From the human T2T-CHM13v2.0 reference genome, Homo sapiens, in NCBI RefSeq assembly GCF_009914755.1, contig NC_060930.1: 64,000 nt of DNA; one strand, written 5' to 3'. Numbering within the stretch: position 1 is the stretch's first letter; every line of letters begins with the position of its first letter. Below the pieces are notes generated by a model. The model was not told the DNA's origin. It searched no databases and was given only the letters and a program-made list of their open reading frames with translations. Both the position numbers and the translations under genes were made by a program. This document shows, piece after piece, positions 54,101 through 64,000 of this stretch.

Positions 54101-57100
54101 GGTTGCAGTAAGCTATGATCACACCACTGCACTCCATCCTGGGTAACAGAGCGAGTTCTTGTCTCAAAAAAAAAAAAAAATCCTATCACCTAGTGATGTC
54201 ATAGAAATTATAATGTCATAGTGCAATGCATTATTCATATTTTTGTGGTGATGCTGGTGAAGACAAACCTACTGCACTGCCAGTCATAAAATAGTACACA
54301 TATTTATGTACATTACATCATACTTGATAATGATAATAAATGACTGTTACTGGTTTATGTATTTACTATACTATACTCTTTTCAAAAGAGATGGGGTCTT
54401 GCTATGTTGCCCAGGCTGGCTCAAACTCCTGGGCTCAGGCGATCCTCCCACCTTGGCCTTCCAAAGTGCCTTCCAAAGTGCTTGGCCACTGTGCCAAGCT
54501 TATACTATACTTATACTTTGTACATTATTTTAGAGTGTACTACTACTTATTTAAAAATGTTAACTATAAAACAGCCTCAGGCAGGTTTTTCAGGAGGTAT
54601 TTCAGAAGAAGGTACTGTTATCATAGAAGATGACAGCTCTATGCATATTATTGCCCCTGAAGACCTTTCAGTAGGGCAAGAGGTGGAGGTAGAAGACAGT
54701 GATGTTGATGATCTTGACCCCATGTAGGTGTGGGCTAATGTGTGAGTTTGTATCTTAGTTTTTGACAGAAACATTTAAAAAGTAAAAACAAAAAATTAAA
54801 AAACAAAAGCTTATAGAATAAAGATATAAAGAAAATATTTTTTACAACTGTGCAATGTGTTTGTGTTTTAAACTCAGTGTTATTACAAGAGAGTCAAAGA
54901 GTTAAAAAAATTAAAAGTTATTAAAGTAGAAAAGTTACAGTAAGCTAAGGTTAATTGATTATTGAAAAAAATACATTTTTGTAAGTTTAGTGTATCCTAA
55001 GTGTACAGTGTTTATCAAGTCTATAGTAGTTTACAGTAGTGTCCTAGATTTTCACATTCACTCACCACTCACTCACTGACTTACTCAGAGCAACTTCCAG
55101 GCTTGCAATCATGATAAGTGGTCTGTATTATATCATATTTTCACTGTACATTTTCTATATTTAGATAGATAGGGATAAATATACAATTACCACTGTGTTA
55201 CAATTGCTTACAGTATTGAATAGGATAACATGCTGTACAGATTTGTACAATAGACTTTACTATATAGCCTAGGTGCACAGTAGGCTTTACCATCTAGGTT
55301 TGCTTAAGTACACCATATTATGTTTGCACAATGATGGAATTGTCTAACAACACATTTCTAGGAATGTATCCCTGTCTTTAAGCAATGCGTGACTGACTGT
55401 ATTCCTAGTTTGTTGAGAGCTTTTATCATGAAAGGGTGTTGAATTTTATCAAATGCTCTTTCTGCTTCTATTGAAATGATCATGTAATTTTTATCCCTCA
55501 TTCTGTTAATGCTATATATCACATTAATTGATTTTCATGTGTTGAACCATCCTTGCACCCCAGGGATAAATCCCACATGATCATGGTGTATAATCTTTTC
55601 ATTGTGTTGTTGAATTTGGTTTGCTAGTATTTTGTTGAATATTTTTGCATCTATTTTCATCAGGAATATTAACCTGAAATTATATTTTATTGTGATATCT
55701 GTGTAGCTTTTATATTAGGGTAATGCTAGCCTTATTCATTTGAAAGCATTCTCTTGGTCTTCAGTTTTTTGGAAGAGTTTGAGAAGAATTGGCATTAGTT
55801 CTTCAAATTTTTGGTAAAGAAATTGTCAGTGAAGCCATCTGGTCCTGGTCTTTTTCTTGGGAGGATTTTAATTATTGATTCAATCTCCTTACTGTTTATA
55901 GATTTATTCGGACTTTCTATTTATTTAAGATTCAGTCTTGGTACATTGTATGTTTCTATGAATTTATCCATTTCTAGTAGGTTATTCAGTTTGTTGGCAT
56001 ATAATTATTCATAGTATTCTCTTAAGAACCTTTTATATCTGCAGTATCAATTGTAATGTCTCCTCTTTCTGATTTTATTTATTTGAGTTTTCTCTCTTTT
56101 TCTTGGTCTAGTTAAAAGTATGTCAATTTTGTTTATCTTTTCGAAGAACCAACTCTTAGTTTCATTGATTTATTCTATTGTTTCTCCATTCTCTATTTCA
56201 TTTCTTCTTGCATCTTTTCTTTTTTCTGCTAAACTTGGATTTAGTTTGTTCCTTTTTCTGTTCCTTAAGGTGCAAAATTAAATTGTTTATTTGAAATTGT
56301 TCTTCTTTCTTAATGTAGGCATTTATTACTATAACTTCCATCTTAGAGCTGCTTTTGCTGCATTCCATTTTCATGTTCGTTCATTTTGTTTCAAGATATT
56401 TTCTAATTTCTCCTTTGATTTCTTCTTTGACCCATTGGTTGTTCAAAAGTGTGTTACATAATTTCTACATTATTTGTAAATTTTTCAGTTTTCCCTGTAA
56501 TATAGATTTCTAGTGTTATTCCATTGTAGTTGGAGAAAATACTTGGTATGATCCCAATTTTTTAAATATGTTAAGACTTGTTCTGTGATCTAATATGTGA
56601 TCTATCCTGGAGAATGTTCCATGCATACTTGAGAAAAACATGTTGTGTTGGGTTTAATGTTCTGTAAGGGTTCTGCTTTAAAAAAAAAACCTGCTGATAG
56701 TTTTATAGGGCTTCTCTTGTATATTGTGAGTTGCTTTTATTTTGCTGCTTTGAAAATTCATTGTCTTTGACTTTTGACATTTGATTATAATATGTCTTAG
56801 TGTGGATTTCTTTAGGTTCATCTTATTTAGAATCCTTCAAGCTTCCTGGATCTGGTTGCCCATTTTTCCTCCCTAGATTTGGGAGTTTTTAGCCATTATT
56901 TCTTTCTATAAACTTTCTGGTTCTTTCTCTTTTTCTTCTCCGGAAAACCCCATCATGCATATATTAATCCACATGTTGGTGTCCCACAGTTCTCTTAATC
57001 TTTCATCACTTCTTTCCATTCTTTTTTCTTTTTGCTCCTTTGCCTGAATAATTTTTAAAGGCCTGAGTTTGCCTCTCTTTGTTGAAATTCTCACTTTATT

Positions 57101-58340
57101 CATGCATTGTTCTCATCACCTCAACGAGCATCTTTATGACAGTTGTTTTGAAATGTCTGTTAGGAAAATTGTATCTCTGCTTCATTCAGGTCAATTCCTG
57201 AAGATTTATCTTGTTCCTTTGCTTTGAACATATTTCCCCATTTACTCATTTTCCTTTACTCTCTGTGTTGACATCTGCACGTTGGACAAAACAGTCACCT
57301 TTCTCAGTTTTCATGGACCGGCCTCGTATAGGAGAAACCCTCGCCAGTTGGCCTGATCAGCGATTCTGGAGGCCCCTTAAACCTTCATGCTAGTCCAGCC
57401 TTGTTTCTTTGTTGTTAGGGGCCCCAAGTGTCTAGAGTATGCTAGGTCCCATTGGTGTTCCAAGATGAGTGAAACTTATCTTGGAAGGAAGCCAGCTCCT
57501 TGGGCAGTCACCAGAGAATTTGGATCATTAGATGTCTTGTCCAATTCTTTCTCTCCCCAGAGAAAAGTTGGGGTCTGGATTTTGTTTTGTTTTGGTCGTG
57601 GGGCTTTTTTTTTCTTCTTTATTTTGCTTTTTTTCTCTGTGCTGTGCCAGGGAGAGGGACTATGGTGACTAATATGCTACATCAAACCGGTGTGTTTTTT
57701 TCTCACTGGCCCCCAGGTGACTAGAGTATGCTAGGTTCCATTAGCGCTCCAATACAGACAAGACAGAAAAAGCCAGTCCTTTGGGCAGTCCCTGGTAAAG
57801 TTGGGGCATTGGACACTTAGTGCAACTCTTCCTCCCCTGGGAGAAGCTGGGAGTTGGGGTTATTGCCTGATTTCTCTGTGCTGAGCCAAGAGCAGAAGCT
57901 GTGGTGAGTGCCTGTGTGCTCGTTAGAATCTCCTCTTTGTTCTTTGTAGCACACAGGGGACTAATAGATGTTGGGTCTCATCTCTTCTAACTCAAGTGAG
58001 TTAGAAGCCAATTTCTCAGATAGCACCTGGAAAAATTGGAGTGTTAGATGTGTGGTCCAATTTTTTCCCCCTTGGGGAGAAACTAAAAGTTGAGAGTTCT
58101 CTCCTGATCATATAGCATCGTTCTGGGAATGGGTATTATGTCAAAGAAACAGTTCTGCTTTTCCTACTGGTTTCGATGTAACTGGTGTTATACTTGCCTG
58201 GTAAGCAGGAGCCTCTCAAGTAGTTTCTGGGTTTCTCACAAAGGGAATTGATTTATGTGTGGCTATTGAATGATTGTGTCTGCTGTGGGAAGAGTCGTCC
58301 AAGATTTCCTATTCTGTTATCTTGGTAACATCACTCCTCT
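51190..58340 (-). mobile_element. Ancient, internally deleted L1 (L1MA/MB-like) with nested insertions
   Basis: L1 3' UTR at ~51200; ORF2-like remnant (ORF 52381..52680, PYTKINSKYIKDFKVRPETINLLEGNI); ORF1-like remnant (56906..57103); 5'-end-like sequence near 58330. Confidence 0.85.
53780..55399 (-). mobile_element. Tigger3/Golem (MER7)-family DNA transposon inserted into the L1
   Basis: Degenerate CAGTCATGCG-type termini; TA TSD (53778-53779, 55400-55401); L1 sequence ttcTA|ttcctagtttgttgagag rejoins across it; contains an Alu (53878-54180) and a monomer (~54380-54500). Confidence 0.87.
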
Positions 58341-58648
58341 TTGCTCTCTTTTGACCCTTCTTCTTTATGTGCCAAGGGATTGAATGCATACTTGCAACTC
58401 TGGGAAGACTGAAGCCCCTGCAGAGCTTATTATTCTTTATTTTTTTTGAGTGCTAGAAATGATACAGGCCAACATTATGGCTAATCTTTCTACAAGGTTA
58501 TTCTACTAAGTTACATATAAAATGAAAGTACCTATTTTCAGCCTGTGAATACTGGTAAACAGTTTGCTATGTTTTCCATTTGTACAGATATCTTAATAAT
58601 ATTTCATTATGCCAGTCTTATAAGAATTTCATAAGGACTACATTGTAG

Positions 58649-58986
58649 TTTTTTTTTGAGTCGGAGTCTCGCTCTGCGTTTTTTTTTTTTTTTTTTTTTT
58701 TTTGAGATGGAGTCTTGCTCTGTCGCCGAGGCTGGAGCACAGTGGCACGATCTCAGCTCACTGTAACCTCCGCTTCTCGGGTTCCAGTGATTCTCCTGTC
58801 TCGCCCCCCCCTGAGGATCTGGGATTACAGGCACGCGCCACTGCACTGGGCTAATTTTTGTATTTTTATTAGAGCCAGGGTTTCACCATGTTGGCCAGGC
58901 TGGTCTTGAACTCCTGACCTCAGGAGATCCGTCCGCCTCAGCCTCCCAAAATCCTGGGATTACAGACGTGAGCACCGTGCCCGGCC
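58649..58986 (-). mobile_element. Alu with an extra 3'-end segment
   Basis: TSD tacattg(t/c)agtttt. Confidence 0.92.
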
Positions 58987-59864
58987 TACATTGCAGTTTT
59001 GATCTGTACATTCTCTGGTTGCTTTACCTACTCACCTGTTTAGACCTTTGCTGCTTCTTATAGTTCCTAGTTACTATAAACCTAGTTGCATAGGCTTATC
59101 TCATTTATATTTTCAGATTATTTTGTTTAGTACTTTATTTTTTTAATTGTTTTTTTAGAAGTAAAATACACACGTAAACATTTTAAGGCAATATTCGAGG
59201 GTATAAGTAAAAATAAATGAACAAAACATCTTTCCTGGTCTTCCTACTTTTCCTTTGCAAAAGCAACTGCTCATTGGTTTATTGCGTGTCTTTCCAGTAG
59301 TCTGTTCAAGTATAACTTAAATTATTCATATTTGGAAGAAACCATGGTAGAAGACTGTGCTTTCTGTAGACTTTCTTCAGTAGCTGTGGTTCAAGGGCAG
59401 GTAATACAAAACGGTAGCTTGGGTCTATAGTCAGCAGATGTGTCTTGTTTATGACATATAACTAGGACGGTGCCATGCTTTTACAATACCGGTAGCTTAA
59501 TTTGCATTTTATTTTATCCTCTAGCTTTACCCATTTAAGAATTTGAGTCTGCCACCCGTTTCAAGGATATTAAAGCAGAAACTGACTTTATGTATCTGTT
59601 CATTGTATGAATTTTTTCCCACTTAAATTATTTTAATTGTGTAAGTGGACTAGATCTTATTTTATTTTCTTGTTATATGACTTCTTAACAATATTAAATG
59701 TCTTTCCTTAATTGAGATCAAGATTTACTTATTGGTGGTATTGATTAAATAAGAAAAATAAAGGTTATTTTAATCTTATGTTTTATAAATTAAGTCCTGG
59801 AGCAGTTCTCAAACTTAAATACATTAGGATGACCTGGGCTGCTTGTTAAGAATGTAAATTTTTA

Positions 59865-60170
59865 GCCAGGCACAGGGGCTTACATCTATAATCCCAGCAC
59901 TTTGGGAGGGTGAGGCAGGTGGATCACTTGAGGCAAGGAGATCGAGACAAGCCTGGCTAACATAACAAAACTCCATCTCTACTAAAAAATACAAAAATTA
60001 CCTGGGCGTGGTGGCAGGCACCTGTAGTCCCAGCTACTCGGGAGGCTGAACTCAGGAGGCAGAAGTTGCAGTGAGCCGAGATCACGCCACTGCACTCTAG
60101 CCTGGGTGACAGAGCGAGACTCCATCTCAAAAAAAAAAAAAAAAAAAAAAAAGAAAGAAAGAAGGAAAAG
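59865..60170 (+). mobile_element. Alu with a small internal deletion
   Basis: Sense dimer with poly-A. Confidence 0.92.
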
Positions 60171-60852
60171 TAGATTTTTTTTGAACTCCCTTTCCTTCTC
60201 CTACCTTCCAATCCCCATCAGAGAATCCTATGTAGTGGACTTGATATGGGGCCCTAGAAGTTTCTGAAGGAGGAAATTCCTGAATCAGAGGCTGGGAAGG
60301 AGACCAACCCCATGTCTATTTGAGAAAACACTCATTGTGTTCAGCAGCAAAGCCTGTGACTTTTTGGATGACAATTAATTTCATGTTTTGTTTTGACTTA
60401 AAGAGAATTGATAACGGTGAAGCTTTATTTTAGAAGTAGAGGCAACACAATTTTGCTGTGGAAAATTTCTTGTACTTCACTGCTGCAGAGGAAATAGCAA
60501 TGTGCCCTAGTGGTTCTGACCTCTTTAAACAGGGTTATTGCACAGATTGAAAACAACAGAACAATGAAGCTAAATTGCTGTCATACTTTGTGAAACACAG
60601 ATCACAGGAAACTTCCCTGGTCTAATGGAAACTGTACTAAAAGTAAGAAGCAGTAAAGTTAGCTTAATTTGTAAACAGTACTACATGACATGGGCTTATG
60701 CAGTTACACAAGTGAAATCCTTTTTCATTTGTCTAGACAGTAGTGTTGACTTTTGTTATATTAGATACTTTACATGTAAGAACTATCAGCTAGATGCCAA
60801 TGCTATATAAAGCAAACAAACTGGCAGTGTATAATATAGAGTACATTTAGCT

Positions 60853-61517
60853 CAGGGGTCAACAGGCTGTGGCCCATAGGCCAAAACTGGTTCACTCTAC
60901 TCGTTTGTGTATGGCCTGCCATATATACTGAGAATTGTTTTACTTATTTTAAAAATTATTTATTTATTTATTTATTTATTTGAAACAGGGTTTCATTCTG
61001 TCACCCAGGCTGAAGTGCAGTGGTGCGATGACAGCTCACTGCCGTCTCCATCTCCTGAGCTCAAACAATCCTCCCACCTCAGCCTCCCGAGTAGCTAGGA
61101 CTACACAGGTGCATGCCACCATGCCCAGCTAATTTTTAATTTTTATACAGAAATGGGGTTTCATTGTGTTGCTCAGGTTGGCCTCAAACTCTTGAGCTCA
61201 AGTGATCTGCCGTCTCAGCCTCCCAAAGTGCTGAGATTACAGGTGTGAGCCTCTGGGCCTAGTCTGTTTTACATTTTTAAATGGTTGGAAGAAAGTAAGA
61301 ATATTTTATGACACGTAAAAATTACCTGAAATGCAAATTTCAATGTCCATAAAGAAAGTTTTATTGGAACATGACCATATTCATTTGTTTATTTATTGTC
61401 TATGGATGCTTTGGGGCCTCAATGGCAGAGTGGAGGTGTTTCAACAAAGACCATATAGCTTTGCAAAGCCCAACATGTGTATCACTGGCTCTTCCAGAAA
61501 AAAATCTATACACCTTG
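60853..61517 (+). mobile_element. MER58B-like hAT transposon interrupted by an Alu (~60955-61261)
   Basis: caggggtc terminus; perfect 8-bp TSD ATTTAGCT (60845-60852, 61518-61525). Confidence 0.88.
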
Positions 61518-61662
61518 ATTTAGCTCACTCCTCTCCTAAAAGACTGACATTCCCTGGAATGGAGGAAGCTTAGAGACCAGAATTTCAACCTCTTTCCATC
61601 TTTAATCCACTTTTTAGTTTGTTTTTTATTTTTCTGAGAGACTTTCATGTTCAGATTTTTAG

Positions 61663-61809
<147 letters not shown>

Positions 61810-62499
61810 TGACCCAGTGGTAAGACAGGCCAAAGACCAGAACTGACCACATAAACAGACATGTTTGGGCAGGAACTGACCGAGTTCTGTGACTTACCCT
61901 TCTGAAGCACATGGGGGGATAGTTCATGGCTGAATTCAGGCTGTGAAGGAATGGCTCAATATGAGGCCAGTCCAGGGCTGTGAGGAATGAACTATGAATA
62001 AGTGTCCAGCATTAGGTTAATTCACCTGTGTCGAGCCAAAAACAGACCCTTTGATGTGAGAAATACCATTTTCCTCTGATCTTTCGATTGCCCTTTGTTT
62101 ATCTGAGGGTCTGCTGGGAACAGTAGGCTATATATAGGGACAACTACTTTGATGTGGGAAATTTTGTTCTTTCCTAGTCTTTTCATTACAATTAACTTGA
62201 TAGAACTTCTTTTTCATAAATGAATTCACACTGTCTACATCTCTTTAGATAAAGCAATAAAAGCAAGTGATATAAAAAAGATGTAGGTAGAATGTGTGAA
62301 AAGTGTATAAAAAGATGTAGGTAGAATGATTAAAATGAGCTCAAATAAAAATTAAATTATTTAAGATAGATAGATTTATAACACATTTTAAGGCATCGGC
62401 TGCCTCAAAGGATATTTGTGTCTTCATTACTTTGAGTTTTAATCTTTTATTACTATGGAACAGTAACTATGACATTTACATTTTAACCCCCACACAAAT

Positions 62500-63138
62500 G
62501 TATGTATGTATTCTCATTACTTGCAGATTCTGTATTTGTGGGTTTGCTTACTCACTAAAATTTATTTGTAACCCCCAAATCAATAAGTATAGTGCATTTG
62601 TGGTCATTTGCAGCCATCACAAAGAAGCACAAAAAGTTGAGTTGCCCAATGCTTATATTCCTAGCTAAGGTCTAACCAGGAGACATTCTGCTTTCTTGTT
62701 TTAGCTGTCATACTATAAACAAGTACCATTTTCACAATCTCACTGTCTATTGAATGCCATACTTTTTATATTCTCATGCTTTTTTGGGGGTGATTTCACT
62801 GGTTAAAATTGTCCCCTTGCATAGTGCTGATGTGGTTTCTGGTGTTCCTAAGAGCAAGAAGGCTATGAATTGCCTTACAGAGGAAATATGTGTGTTAGGT
62901 AAACTTTGCTGAGGTATGAGTGATAGTGAACCAACAATATACATAAATAATGTGACTTTAAACAAAAACACTCATAAAAGAAGGTTATGTGTTGATCAGA
63001 AGACAAAAATGTCGTAATCAGAGGCTCTCAGGAACCTAACTCTCTATTTTTCCTAGGAGCAATGGTTCAGTAATCATTAATTTAGTGTTCATGACAACTT
63101 TATAGAATATAACTACTACGAATAATAATAATTGACTA
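62500..63138 (+). mobile_element. MER82-like Tigger DNA transposon
   Basis: ctcattacttgcagattctgtatttgtg...ctaaaatttatttgtaacccc resembles the MER82 consensus as recalled. Confidence 0.72.
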
Positions 63139-63755
63139 TATATACATAAATATATACCATATATACATATATGTATACATAAAATAGGGATTATGCACAA
63201 ATGCAATTAATTTACTATTTATATATTTTTATACATATATATGCATATATATTCATATACATAAAAATGTTCTAAAATAATGACCCTAAAATCTATAGGC
63301 ATTTAATGAAAATGTGTGGAATGATTAAATAAATATGTGGGATTGGATTAAATAAATGATTGGATGGATAGGTGGGTGGATGGCAGGGAAGATGGATAGA
63401 GACTTGGCAGGCTGCCTTTAAAATGCTGGTAGCACCCTTTAATTCAATTTAGCCAGGATATTTGATATACAGAAAGCTTCTATCTAGTAAATTCCTTGCT
63501 ATTATTGATAATATAACCAGTGGCTAACCATTATTCTAATATGGGAAACTTTAACAAACAGTTAATTAAACAGTTATTAAGCACACAAAAGTTATATTAA
63601 CACCATCAGCACAAGCTATCAGCCTAATGTCACTTATTTGCTGCTGTAAACCATAATAGAACTAGAAAAAATATATATATATACACACTTGGCCCTCCAT
63701 ATGTGTGGGTTCTGAATCCGTGGATTCAACTAACTGTGGATTGAAAATATTTGGG

Positions 63756-64000
63756 TGGAATCAACCTAAATGCCCATCAATGACAGACTAGATAGAGAAA
63801 GTGGTACCTATACACCATGGAATATTATGCAGCCATAAAAAAGCAAGCTCATGTTTTTTGTGGGAACATAAATGGAGCTGGAGACTATCATCCTTAGCAA
63901 ACTATATACCACACATTCTCACTTATAAGTGGGAGCTAAATGATAGGAACTTATTAACGCAAAGGGGAAACAACAGACACTGGGGTCTGCTTGAGGCAGG
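63756..64000 (+). mobile_element. L1PA/PB 3' fragment, preceded by a MER2-like end (~63685-63755)
   Basis: tcaacctaaatgcccatcaatgacagac...accatggaatattatgcagccataaaaaag...ttctcacttataagtgggagct. Confidence 0.88.

Noticed and set aside
54404-54727. Acidic 107-aa ORF
   Set aside because: Chimera of an Alu monomer and non-autonomous Tigger3 sequence
62271-62328. Short local duplications (also ~8611-8647, ~37112-37178, ~53531-53565)
   Set aside because: Ordinary slippage products with no supporting context

Overview
This is primate, most likely human, genomic DNA; the encoded proteins match human MED23 and ENPP3 as I know them (6q23.2). Two genes lie head-to-head. MED23 is on the minus strand: ATG at 18519, eleven constitutive coding exons plus an 18-nt alternative microexon, running off the left edge. 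ENPP3 is on the plus strand: ATG at 27855, coding exons 1-7, including both somatomedin-B exons and the catalytic Thr205 exon. A CpG-island promoter sits at about 18.4-19.0 kb. The rest is mostly Alu, L1, L2, MaLR/ERV LTRs and DNA transposons, plus a truncated U4 snRNA pseudogene. All exon boundaries were checked by hand for GT/AG and reading phase; repeat boundaries and subfamily names are by eye and approximate. I found no clear new multi-gene system. The best leads are: (1) a non-Alu ~255-bp inverted duplication with a perfect 70-bp tandem duplication, ~1 kb from the CpG island on the ENPP3 side; (2) a strong unused splice acceptor in front of ENPP3 exon 1, suggesting ENPP3 can be driven from the MED23 promoter; (3) a repeat-poor MED23 intron containing a neural-type microexon, a candidate poison exon and RBFOX-type motifs.
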